Assembly (NCBI GenBank): GCA_963693365.1
Contig: CAVNZM010000006.1
Location: forward strand, 9,179,355-9,243,354
Source of the DNA: Amoebidium appalachense
Lineage: Eukaryota; Protista; Ichthyosporea
Length of the DNA stretch: 64,000 nucleotides
Reading direction: 5' to 3'
A model generated the notes under the pieces. The model did no database searches. It was not told the DNA's origin and was given only the letters and a program-made list of their open reading frames with translations. Each line of letters begins with the position of its first letter. The stretch's first letter is position 1. Shown here one piece after another: positions 35,461 to 54,310 of this stretch. The position numbers were made by a program, and so were the translations under genes.

Positions 35461-36060
35461 AGGGGGGGGGGGGAGGGGGAGGGGGCGGCGCCGGCGGCTG
35501 AGGAGGGGGGGGGGGGGGGGGGGGGAGGCACGCGGTTTACATTTGTAAGTCTTAAGTGCTTCAGCCTTCCCTATGTTTGCCTCAATCTCTCTTTCTGATT
35601 TTTTTCTCCCGCTTTTTTCATATGCTTGCACAGATGCGGGAAATGGCATCCTACTTGGAAAATCTGCTTGACACACGGCAGGAGCCACACCAGCAGGCCA
35701 TACGAGATATGATCAGAGACCGCTTCCCCCACAGCCCTTATGGCGGCACCGTGGGCCGAGACTTGAAGGTGCGCTATCTAGTTTGGACTCTGTGGATATC
35801 AGTGCATCGAAGGTTGAGGGTATGGGGGCTTGGAAAAAGTGAAGGGTGAGGGTATGAAGGCTTGGAAAAAGTGATGGGGGATTTGTCTACCGTGTTTCCC
35901 CCCTCCCCTTCTCCCTCTAACTTTGTGCCAGGCACACTTTTAAAGATGTGTGCATAACATAACACACGCGCGGGCACACGCACAGGCACAGGCACAGGCA
36001 CACTCACGGACATGTGCGTACACACACACGCACACGCGCACGCGCGGAAACACACGCACG

Positions 36061-36145
<85 letters not shown>

Positions 36146-37992
36146 CCACACAAATACGCAACATACACACACACAAAATCACACAAATACGCACATACAC
36201 ACAACACACAAATTCAAACAGGTTTAAACATTAGTGGCGCTTGCAACATTCAGCAGTTTGTGTAAAGATTGAAGGTTGGCTGAATGGTTTTTTCTAAGTT
36301 TTCGTTCGTGTGCTAAAGATAAGAAGAATACCAAACGGATTCTTTAATGTTAGTGGACAAGGAGTGGGGCTGGGGGAGGAGCAGGAAGAGGGTGGGATTT
36401 TTTTTATTTTTTTTTATTTTTTTTTGTGGAGTGTGTGTGTGTGTGAAGGGGCAGGGGGGGGGGGGGGGGGGGTAGCAAAAAAGAAGAAGAAGAAGAAGAA
36501 GAAGAATGAAAATAAGACCTGCATCCCCCTCAGATGTACCGTAAGGGGGACGATGAGGGGGTGCTGTTTGCTGGCACACAGAGCAAAAAGGGGCCACGGG
36601 GGCAGGGTCGTGGCCCAAAGGAATCCCCTTCTACGGCACACACACAGTCAGCCCCCCAGCCAGCATGGCAGGCACCACAACAACAACCACAACGGCAACA
36701 GCAGGGAAGACCACAGCAACAACAACCAGCACGGCAGCAAAGAAAGCCCACACAGACAGGGTCAGTAAAGCAAACAGCAAAACTCACAAACAATGTCATG
36801 GGCAACACGGTCCCTCTACTGAGTCAAGAAGAAAAGAAACCAGAGGGTGGGGGGCAGGCGAAGAAGAAGAAACATGCGACGTTCAATGCGATGCAACTAG
36901 AGCGCAGTGTGATGCCCGGTAGGCGCATGTGTGAGTGCCAGGCGCAGAGGCACGACCTGGTGGGCAACTGCCTGGACTGTGGCAGGGTGGTGTGTGCCCA
37001 GGAGGGCCCTGGCCTGTGCATGTTCTGTGGAAGATACACTGTGGGCGATACCACGGGTGAGTGCCTCCCCCCCCCCCCCCCCCCCCCCTGCCCGCTCGGC
37101 CCCTTGCCTTGAAAATCTCTGCACATGATTTACGGTTTCTGTTGATTCTTTCTGTTGCCTTTGGTGTCTTTGCTTTCGTGTTTCCTACCCTCTGGTACAA
37201 GCCCCCCCCCCCCCTCCCCCCTATATCCCTCCCCCCTCCCTCCCCCTCCCCCCCTCGCCCGCCCGCCCTCCTGGGCTCTGCTTAATATGAATACTCTTAA
37301 TGTGTGGTTTCCACTCTGAATTGTGTTGTCCGTTGTGAATGTGTGCTTCGTACTTTATTGCGCACTAAAACTCCCCTTCCCATCCTCCCTTCCCCCCTCA
37401 TTCGTTTGCTGCTCTCGTTTAACTTGTACTGTGAAGAGAGCGGGTGTTTTTTTTTTTTGAGGGGGGGGGGGGGGGGGGAAGGAGGGGGCGGGGGGGTAAT
37501 GAAAGAAAGAATGATAAACATGAGGAAGACAGGGTGTGGGTGGGGACCAACGATGAAGAGGCCAGTGTACGTTTGAATGCCTAGAGAGCAAGGTGTTGTT
37601 GCAATAAGTGTATTGATACTGTTGCCGTCTGTGTGGGCATTCTTGTGCTATCACCTTACCTTACGGTTATCCCGATCCCCCTGTGTCTCGCTTCCATTTG
37701 TAACCAGTAGTTATGTTCTAGGCATTTGCATGTTACGTGTTGTTTAACAAACCAGCTGTGGCAAACCTTTCTCTTTTATATACCATTATTACTGTGTGGA
37801 GATATTGAAGTGCATTTCCTGCACGGCCAGAGGCATGCTACATGCACCTATATTAGTGCACTGTTGAGTCAGTTCTGACCAATGTTGGTTCAGTTGGGTT
37901 GGCCAGTGAGACTGCCCGGAGGAAAGAGAAGCAGCGGCTTAAGGAGGAGGCTGGGGTTATGGTGGGGAAAGCAACCAACCGGACACAGGAAG

Positions 37993-38079
<87 letters not shown>

Positions 38080-38259
38080 TGTGTTTGGGGGGAAGGGGGG
38101 AGTGAAGGAGGGGGGGATGAAGGGGGAGGAGGGTGAAGAGGGAGGGCAGGAGCAGGGCGGGCAAGGCAAGGTTCGGGAGAGGAAGGGCAAGGATGCATTT
38201 TGGAAGCCTGCATGGTTGTTGGGAGGCAGCCTTGGAACCTTGGGGTCTGGTGTTTTTTT

Positions 38260-38294
<35 letters not shown>

Positions 38295-38329
38295 TGTGAA
38301 TGTGTGGTGGTGGTGGTGGTGGTGGTTGG

Positions 38330-38386
<57 letters not shown>

Positions 38387-39295
38387 CTGAAGAGCAAGTT
38401 GTGTAAAACCACCTGATTGTCCCTACGATGGTGACAACGTCTTTTTTTTTTTTTGTGTGTGTGTGTGGGGGGGGGGGGGGGGGGGGGTTGGCTTTATAAA
38501 TATCAGATAAGCAGAGGGTGGGAAAGGCGACGTGATTAGATGAATGTGGTAAACATTGAGCGTGCGCGAATTATGTGTGTGTGGGGGGAGGGGGAGGGGG
38601 AGGGGGAGGGCTCAAGTTTACAAGACAGAAATTCAACCAATTGTGAGCCAAAAAGGGCTGGGTATTTTGTCTGACTGGCCGGCCACAGATGGACTCGGGA
38701 TTGGAAAAGGCACTTTCAGCAAAGGAGAGACTTCTGAAGTTTGATGCCCAAAGGTGCGTGAAAGTGTGTGCATGGGGTGTGTGCTACTGGATCTGCACGT
38801 CAGTGTGTTTGCTGGTGGTTCATGTGTGTGGTGGGGTTGTGAGGCATCGTTTGCGTGATCGAAGAATATTTCTGTGTGATCCATGGGCACTGAAAATGGA
38901 AGTATGGGCAGACTAGCTGTCACTCTTCGAGATGGTAAGGAAGACTACTGTGTGTGTTTTCCTGTGGCGACATCGCCTCGTTTTCTCTCTTTCCCTGTTG
39001 TGCTCTACAGAAAAACAACAACAAAGATCAGCACAACAACATGACGACCAACATGTTTGGGCTCCCCTTCTAATCTGAGGTTGTGTTTTGCAGTGTGCAA
39101 AGGACTAAGGTTATTGATGACGAGAATGACTATTTTGAGGTGGACAATAGGTGGCTGAGCAAAAAAGAGGTGAGACCACACACACACACACGCTCACACA
39201 TACACACACACACACACACGCACACACACGCACACACACACACGCGCGCGCGCGCACGCACACACACACACACACACACACACAACGCGCGCGCG

Positions 39296-39367
<72 letters not shown>

Positions 39368-40075
39368 TACACACGCACACACACACACACTGTGTGGGTT
39401 CGTGGCTGACTATAGCAGAGTTCCCGTGTTTTCTTTTGGATGAAGAGACAACATAAGGCACGGGTTGCTAGGGCAAGGTGGAAATCAAAAGGTTTTTTCT
39501 ATTTTCCTTTTTTTTTCTCTGGCCTATTTTTGGAGTTTTTATTCCGGAAAGGAGGTGGTGGTGGTCAGACCTGGTGAGGCCCTGCTTTTGCATGCATTTC
39601 TAGTCGACCGTAATTGAAGGGATGTGTTTTGTGTATTTCCATGTGTTGATAAAAGAATGGGGTGTAATATTTCTAGGTGACCATGTGTTAAAGGAGGTGC
39701 TTTTAGGGTATTTATATGAGATGCTGACCTATATGGGGCCCCAGAGAGAGTCACGGCGGGCAGCAGAGTTGGCACTGCAGGAGGCCAGGGAGAAAGCACG
39801 CAACACGGTGCGGATCACTCTGGATCTTGCTGGAAGGAAGGTGCTCCAAGAGGATGCATCGGTACTTGCTCCCCCCCCCCCCCCCCCCCCCCTCACACAC
39901 ACACCACTCTCTCTCTCTCTCTTTCTCCCTACGCGCATGCGTGCATCCACACACACATCCTTCCGTGCTCGCGCGTGCACACACAGACACACACACAAAG
40001 ACACAACACATACGTGCCCTCGCGTGCGCGCGCACACACACATACAAAGACATGCGCGTGTGCACATACACACAC

Positions 40076-40154
<79 letters not shown>

Positions 40155-40272
40155 CACACCGACAAACACTTTCCCTTCCTCTGCCGACTCCCTATTCTAG
40201 TCCTAATCCACTCGCTGCATATGCATACAGTCATACACAATACACGATTTGATTTGACACCTGATCTCATCT

Positions 40273-40313
<41 letters not shown>

Positions 40314-40692
40314 CCCGCCTGCCCGTCCGCATCCTCCCCCCTCCCCCCCCCCCCCCCCCCCCCCCCCTTCCGTTTTGCGGCTAAGTAACTGTTTGTAAAG
40401 GTGTCTGCCATCTTGGAAAGACGTCGTTTTGTATATGTGCATGGATAGCCCTGCAGAACTTTTTGCCCCTACATTCTTCTCTTCGCCCACTGTCAAATAA
40501 TTTGGATGGGTTTGACTCTGTGGAGCACGGGTACGGGGCTCCTTTGCCATTGGTTTAATTGCAAACACCATCTGCACACATACACCTACGTGTGTCGTGC
40601 TATGCACCTAATGACCTAATATGTGTTATTTTGTATTCACAGAAAGACGTGGATGAGACTGCCTTCTATCCATCAGGTAGGGAAGCCCCCCT

Positions 40693-40738
<46 letters not shown>

Positions 40739-40952
40739 CCCCTGGTTTTTTTCGAAAAAAGAAACCACAAAAACCCATTCATCCCCCCCCCCCCCCCCCC
40801 CCCCCCCCCGTGTATGCGTACTTCGTACCGTGTTCCGCATTCAAACCCCCCCCCCCCCCCCTCCTCCCCCTCCCTCCCCCTTCCCTCCAGCTGCGTCTGC
40901 AATAGGTGTACTTCTAAAATAGTGGTACTCCAGGAGTGTCCGAGTGGTGCAG

Positions 40953-40986
<34 letters not shown>

Positions 40987-41665
40987 GCTTGTCGCCACGA
41001 CCTCCCCCCCCTCCCCCCCCCCCCCCCCCCCCCCCCCCCACCACCACCACCACCACCACCACCACCACCCTCCCCCACTTGCACGCCTACCTGCTTGCCT
41101 CGCATCTGTTATTAATGCTTGTGTGTTCTTCCAGTATGTCTTTAATAAAAGAGCAGTCTTGAAGCCAATGATTGCCGTTTCACAATCACTTGTCAGACCT
41201 GAGGCTAACTGTGCCTGTGCTGGCCACTTGGGGTAGATCATGTGCAGGCTTAGTTCATTTTTGCTGGTTGTATGACATTGTGTGTACAAGTGCAACTGCC
41301 TGCTGACTAGCCCTCCATTTATTGACAAAGTATAGGCGATGAGTGAGTGCAAACACCCTGTTACTTTCACACACAATCAAACGAATATCTGCACGCACAC
41401 ACGCTCACCCATGGACAGACAGGCATACAAACATCTATGGACGTGTGCACACCACGCATTTACACACTCATGCACACACAGCCACACGCTTACACACGAG
41501 CACCTACACACACACACACACACACAAACACATGCACAAAGACGCACACACACACACACTGTACACACACACGCACACAGACAAGCACAAAGACACACAC
41601 ACACACATGCACACCCATGCACAAAGACACACACACACACATGCACAAAGACACGCATGCACAAA

Positions 41666-41736
<71 letters not shown>

Positions 41737-44204
41737 TGCCCCCATTCAATTCTAACGTCTCCGTGGTGTCTGCAGACAGCAAAAAGGACGCATCGGTTGT
41801 GGTGTCGGCACAGGCCCTGGACACTAGCGGCATGGGTCTTTTCCACAACCCAGACCTGAAGGAGGTGGGTGTGGTGTGTTTTTCATGTTCTTGGCATGGT
41901 TAATATGGGTTGATGAGTGTGGTTGGCTAGAGGTTAATGGGGTGTGCTTGTGCGATGGAGAGAAGGGATTGGAGGTGTGTGTGTGTGTTTGCCTTGTTGT
42001 CATTTAGTTCAAGTCCGTTACCTGTGAGTTTGCCCGTTTTTGAAATCATGGTTCTTTCTTGAACCTCTGTATCGACAGATTTACGAGACTTTCGGTGGGT
42101 GGTTTGTTTCATGTATGTATAAGCGATGACAGAAAGACCGTGTTTTATCATGAGCTACAATGTGCATTTTTTTCTGTGCAGATTATCTCTGCAATTTAGG
42201 TAGGATTTGAATTGTCATTATGATCAGAGGATGTCCCGTATGGCGAAAACAAAACACAGGCGGTAAGAATCGAACCCCAGCAGGGTCACTTCAATGTCCA
42301 ATGCCAACAAAAAAGTTGTGAGGGTAGGGGGAGTTACTTGAAGGCAAATTCCCCAATTATGTACCCTATGAGAGAGCAACCAATGATGAATCAAAACCAA
42401 CCTATGCAGGCGCCAAAATACGTTTCCAGCAAACCCTCCGCTAAGGGCAAAGAAAACAAGAAGGATGGGCCCTACACCGAAAAAGGTTGTATTTGTAAAT
42501 TTATGTTGTGGCCTCGATCAGCCATTTCCCTTTCATTTTCTCTGTGGTGTCATGAACACTACTTGTTTCCTGCGTCAACACCCCCTTGTTTTCTCGCTCG
42601 CTGGGTTCCCGAATTGAAATTTGAAAATTTCAAAACACTTTAGTGGGTTCATCGAAAACTGGAATACCCCTTGCACACTCATTTTATAGATAGAGACATG
42701 GGACCCCCTCCCTCCCGCCGCATGTTGCCCAGCGCTCTCCTCCTTTATTGAAGGCCCCCCGAGCCCTTTTATGGCTTATAACGGATCAGAAAGCCGATCC
42801 AATGCTATGCGCTCTGAGGATGGATGGTCACTCGTGTCCCCCGCATGGCATGTGACGCTGACGTCAATACAATTACTGCAGTGCTACGGCCAGTGTACCG
42901 GGTGCAGGATGCAGAGCTCAGCATCATGGGGGATGCGGGATTGTGCATGAGCATGCACCAGGTGAGATACTAGCTGCCCCAGCACACAAATGCACGAACA
43001 TACATACACACACGCACAGGCACAGACGTGCACATACATGCACACACATGCAACCACTTGCACAGACATGCATGCCGGTACATACACACACGCGCGCATA
43101 GAGAGAACGAGAGAGAGAGGCAGGGGGGGAGGTGGGGGAGAGCGGAAGGGGGGGAGGAGAAAGAGAGAGAGAGAGCGAGCGAGAGCAATCTTGGTTAGGG
43201 CTGCCTTTCACCACCTTCACCAAATACATTATGGATTGTACAGTGTAACTGCCTATCCCTTTGTCCCTTCCTCATGCATGTATTTCGCTTTTTCTGCAAA
43301 AGTTTTCTCTTTTCTTTCTCCACCAATCGATCTTTCCTGTTCCCAACATCCCCTCACACTCGCTCACTCACTAACACGCATATGCTGCCTTCCCATCCTC
43401 CCCCCCCCCCCTTCTTCCCCTTTCCCCAACCCCCTCCTCCTCCTCCCCTACTCCCTTTTCCATCTCCCTCTCCCTCCTCTCGCTTCCTCCCTCTCCCTCC
43501 CTTGCTCCGTGCCTCTCTCCCTCGCCCCATCCACCCCCCCCCCCCCTCCTCCCCTTCCCCCCTTTCTCCGTCTCTCTCACTCTCTCCGCCTTCCTCTCGC
43601 TCTCTCGACGAACACAGCCGTGGGCATCCCTTCTGGTTGCTGGCATCAAAACCGTCGAGGGGAGGGTCTGGTACACTCCACACAGGGGAAGGTAGTTTTC
43701 CTTGTTTTGGCTTGCCACTCTGTGTGTGTTATTGTGAGCCTGCGTGCCTGCCTGTGTGTGTGCCTGCGGTGGTGGTGGGTTGGCAGGGTGGTGGGGAGGG
43801 GGTGGATAACATACTTTTAAATCGTGTAGGTTCGATTTTTAATATTAAATCCAACGCAGCATATTCCCTGGCCTGCCAGCAAGAGCAGTGCGTGACACAG
43901 CCCCATCTCTGTTCCCCACCCCACCAACCACCAAGAACTAACTGTGGGGTTGCAGGCTGTGGATTGCTGCGGCTGCAAAGGTGCCGACCCAGGACGAGAT
44001 AGACGTCATTGAGCGCCAATACTGCGAACTCTACAATGGTAGTTTCCTCGGCCCGGGGGGTAGGGGGGGGTAAAATGCTGCTTTTTTTTTTTGCATCGGG
44101 AATGAGCCGGTGTGGATGGGTAGGCGGTGATGATGGTGGTGGTGGTGGGTGAGGAGATGTGTGTGTAAGGGGGAAGGAGGTTCTTTTTTTTGGGGTGGGG
44201 GGGA

Positions 44205-44239
<35 letters not shown>

Positions 44240-45298
44240 ATAGAATAGGGGAGAGGAGGTGCCCATCAGTCATTCTGACAGGGCAAAATGTGTGCCTCTA
44301 ATGTCTACTTGGGATCCATCCGTACCGCAGTCACACATGCACGCTGACATGCAACCAATCAGATCCAAACATGCGGTTCCCCGACTACCCAACGGGCTGC
44401 CTCCTTGGCTGTGTGGATGTGGTCGAGTGTCTGACCAGAGAAGAATATCTAGCCCAGGTGGGTGGGATATGTACGGGGAGTATGACAGATAGTCGGTGAA
44501 AAGACTATCTAGGCCAGGCGGGTGTGATATATTAGGGAAGATATGATAGATAGTTGAGTGAGAAGAGTATCTAGCCCAGGCGGGTGGGATATATTAATGA
44601 ATATATGCCAGATAGTTGGTGAGAAGAATATCTAGCCCAGCGGGTGCACGTGGGATATGTACCGGAGTATCTAGCCCCGGTGGGTGGGAAATATGACGGA
44701 TAGGTGCTGAGAACATTATTAATCCAGGTGGGTGGGATATGTACAGGGAGATATGACGGATAGCTGCTGAAAACACTATGTAGTCCAGTTGGGTGGGATA
44801 TATGTAAAATATCATCTGCCTATGTGGGTGTGATGAATAAGGTATATGAAGGACAGTCATTGGAAAACATCTCCACGGTAACTCGATCTTGACAATGTCT
44901 TCTAGTGGTAATGCCCTTCGTCCCACAAGGGGGGGGGGGGGGTTGCTGTGGAAAGATAGTGCTGGGGGGTGAGCCCCTGACCAAAATTTGTACCTGCAGT
45001 TTGCCGGCAAGGCAGGGGAGGAGTCACAGTCTCCCTACGTGTTTGTGTGTGAGCATCCCCAAACCCTGCCCATCAAGTTTGCTGTCAAAGGCCAACATAA
45101 GATTTGTAAGATCCTCCCCCCCCCCCCCCCCCCCCAAACACGGCATGCGCGTGCGTGCGCCCACGTGCAGGCGCACACGCGGCCGGGGGGCCCTTTGGTA
45201 GCCTACTATGGTGTTGTGTTCTTGCAGTTTTCTGCAGCAGTGGGTTCGATATCGCTGTTCCTGGCATATAGTTCATGAAAGAGGGTGGGTGGGTGGGT

Positions 45299-45335
<37 letters not shown>

Positions 45336-45447
45336 AAAGCAGGGTTGGGGCAACTATTTAAGAACTCCGCTAAAACGCCTCTTTTAATTTGCAGGGAAAC
45401 TTGACCCTCAAATCCACACGGCAGCCAAGAGAGCCCTGATGCACTGA
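34719..45447 (+). CDS. TRIP4: Activating signal cointegrator 1 (ASC-1/TRIP4/Rqt4): zf-C2HC5 plus C-terminal ASCH domain
   Basis: Exons 34719-34815, 35634-35768, 36534-37056, 37894-37994, 38689-38753, 39094-39169, 39745-39861, 40643-40676, 41776-41864, 42410-42485, 42882-42961, 43618-43691, 43956-44038, 44363-44457, 45000-45105, 45395-45447. Motifs [101 protein letters not shown]. All junctions in phase except exon1/exon2. Confidence 0.96.
40810..40844 (+). repeat. Dispersed ~35-bp poly-C-associated element, copy A
   Basis: GTGTATGCGTACTTCGTACCGTGTTCCGCATTCAA between two C-runs; recurs at 59232-59267 and 59900-59933 on the minus strand. Confidence 0.9.
44440..44812 (+). repeat. ~61-bp minisatellite (about 7 degenerate units) derived from the TRIP4 exon 14 / donor junction
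   Basis: Unit AAGAATATCTAGCCCAG|GTGGGTGGGATATGTAC...GATAG..GTGAG; the first copy overlaps the coding exon end (EEYLAQ) and the real donor at 44458. Confidence 0.9.
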
Positions 45448-46750
45448 CGAGGGGTGCATCATGGTGATTGGGGTAGTCTGTGCCGCTACTTTTCCACACA
45501 GTGCTCGCAGTGCCCAGTAACCGTTGCACTGTAGAGAAACACACAGACACCCACAACCATGCGCAGCCATCTATTACTGGCTTATACTTGCACAGCTGTT
45601 GACGTAGTGGTGTAAACCCGAGTCCACACTCGAAATCATTGTACAGACACACCAGCACATGAGTAATGATTTGAGTACTAATAATGCACCCTTGGGTCGT
45701 ATAGTTATGGAGCCGGTATGGCTGTGATATATATTTGTATATGGAATGGAATGAATGGCATGTGAGGTATGCACATGGCTGCCTGGGGCAATGCCATGTG
45801 CTGGTTTTTTGGTCGAAATCAAGAAAATATCTTCAGGGCGGATAAAGTATGTACATACAAAGTATGACTGCAATATCATATACGTCCTGTCTGTTTATGT
45901 ATGGCAAATATGTCTTGCCATTGCCTAAACCCTGGCCTGTACTCTTGGCATCTGTGCATTGCTATCTACACGTTGGGGATTTAGGCACAGTTCCGTGAAG
46001 CATTGAAAAGGTGGGGAAGAGTTCGTGTTGTGTGTTGGGGTGTAGGGAGCCCGGGGGGGAGGGGGGGGGGGGGGGGGGGGGGGGGGAGGGGTGGGGAGGT
46101 ACCGGGGCCAGCAAAAGGTGGGGAGGCCTAGGTTCGAGGAGGAGGGAGAGGGGGGGGTATAAATTGTAATCTCAGGCCTGAGGTAAAATGGATGGCCGGC
46201 CAGCGGTCCGTGCCTTTACTTTGGGGTCCTTGCCAGAGACAGTACATGTGTGGGTGGGTATTTCTCCGCGTGTGTATGTATCTTATATAGGTCTGTGTGT
46301 GTGCACATGTGTCTGTGTCACTGTGTGTGTGTGCACGTGTGTGTGTGTGTGGGGGGGGGGGTCACGCTGTAGAATTACGTCATATTTTGTGGTTAGAGCT
46401 GAATTACACGCCATTTATACTGGGATGCCAACAATGTATATCTAACCTACGTGTACACCTTGATGCTTCTGTATGTGGCTTCACTACCACATCACTTAGA
46501 AGAGCTTGCCAAGCTAACTGCTTACGGTCGCGCGATGATGTATGTTTTAAATTACATTTAAAATCTTAATGTTAACGTCAAACCTGCCTGCTCTGCTACG
46601 TCCTTCGATCGTGGAGAATGTTGCTCACAACGTTCTCTTGCAGCCTTAAGATCAAAAAAAAAGGAAAGAGATTTGCCATCTCAATCCGTTCACCTCAAAT
46701 GTTTATGTTCTAGCATTGACAATATAGAGGGAAAGAGCCATTTTGATTGG

Positions 46751-52084
<5,334 letters not shown>

Positions 52085-53089
52085 GATTGCGGTTTTTGCC
52101 AAGTTCTTTTGCTTTTTCTCTGCGTTTTTCGTGTTCTGCCCTATGCTTTTAATGGGGCATATCTTCTCGACGTTGTACAAATTGATTTGATGCAATTGCA
52201 ACTTATAATAGGCAAACACCACCTTCCTAAAGACTTCGAGAGCAAGCAGATGGATGAAGTGGAAATAAAACGAAAATGCCACTGAGATATCCCAGCCTGA
52301 CCAGTGGTCCTCGTGAGCCACTCTTTGTTATTGCTGATTTATATGCAATAGGAAGAGTCGAATGCCATCGCACCAATGAAATACACCGTCTTGAAATTCG
52401 ATCAGCCAATGAACGCGCAACCACGCAGATCTGAAACATCTGATCAATCCGGCCCAGAGTTTTATGTTCGGATCCGTTGAATGTCTTCTTCAGTTGCCCT
52501 AATATACATAGAAGAGTTACAGCCATGCCATAGCCCCTATTTTCTCTTTTTACAAAATACAGGAATAGAACAGAGTGAAAGCACGTCTCAGTCTGACAGC
52601 ACGGACAAAGTTGCACATGTTACTCTGGTTAGCCAGCGGTATTTTTTGGGCCACACGGTGTGCCACGCGGGCCTGTCGATGCTCGTGATCGTGATCGTAT
52701 ACGGTACTGACAGCGCTTCAGTGACTGAGGGGCCCCGGGGCCCGGGCTACAGGGTGATTATGTGTGACAGCCTGTGCACTGAACTCGCCCACTTACTCTC
52801 CACAAAAGTTTGGCTGTGCAATAATATCAATGTTGCACACCACTCCGTGTAAATTAGGTTTGCTATGCCTCTCATAGTGATTGATGGACCTAAAATCACG
52901 GCCCTCTGAAAACAAGGAGGGCCGTGCTAAAATGCAACCGGGGGACAGACCGGTCAGCCTTGAGAAAACTATTTTAGCTTTCTGTTTTTAGTTACAGCAC
53001 ACATTTTCGGTCGCATCAATACCTCCTACTCAAACGATTTTTGGTTTTTTTCGGCACATGTACAGAAGGGGGACTGGGAGGGGAGGGGG

Positions 53090-53142
<53 letters not shown>

Positions 53143-53173
53143 CTAGTTTGTGTGTGTGTGTTTGTTTGTATCA

Positions 53174-53282
<109 letters not shown>

Positions 53283-53368
53283 ATGTGTGTTGCGTGTGTG
53301 TGCATGTGTGTGCGTGTGTACTGTGTGCGTGTATGTGTACTGCGTGTGTGTGTGTGTGTGTAGGTGTA

Positions 53369-53442
<74 letters not shown>

Positions 53443-54172
53443 ATGTTAGGCCCTGGGGGGGGAGGGATAGAGGGGAGGGAGGGGAGAGAGGGGAGGGGAG
53501 GGGAGGGGGGGGGGGGGGGGGGGGGGGAGGGGGGGGGGGAATAGCAACGACAAAGAGCTTTTAAAACATCAGAGCCGAGACAACTTTGTGCTATATGTTC
53601 TAAATGTTAGTGTAGTACTAGTATTATAATGGGAGGAGGGGGGACGGCCGCGCGGGGTTCGGCCACGGTTATCGAAACCCCCCCCCCCATCCCCCCCCCC
53701 CCCCCTCCTCCCTCTCCCCCGGTCTTTGGTCTTGACCACCCCTGGCCAGGCGCCGGCTAAAACCACCTCAGCGAAATAAAATTTGCTGCTGAACTTTTCA
53801 GCAGCCAAAGGCAGAATTTGACAGGAGAAATTATATTTCTGCTTTCTACCAGGCCTTAGGTATGTTAAGTTGAAAAGCAAATTAATTCGGAAAAGAGCAG
53901 GAATGTTCTGCTACTTGTTCCTGATTAGCACAATGCTAATGGCAGACGATTTTATTGAGACAACTTGGTCAAGCAGAAACTTGAAACATACCACAACTTC
54001 CGTTCGAAAACTTGAATCTGCGAAAAGCAACCTATTTCGACAGCAGAAATTTATTTGGCAGAAAGCGAAATCTCTGCAAAAGGCAAAATCTTTTTGCAAA
54101 AAGCAGAAATATCATATGAAAAAGCAAGTGTGCTCTTTACTCTTTTTTATCGAAATAAATCAGATCTGCTGG

Positions 54173-54208
<36 letters not shown>

Positions 54209-54221
54209 CACACACACACAG

Positions 54222-54252
<31 letters not shown>

Positions 54253-54275
54253 AGAAGAAGAAGAAGACAAGAACA

Positions 54276-54310
<35 letters not shown>

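Noticed and set aside
35815-35878. 32-bp tandem duplication (also a 25-bp one at ~51560-51608)
   Set aside because: Ordinary two-copy intronic duplications with no further structure.
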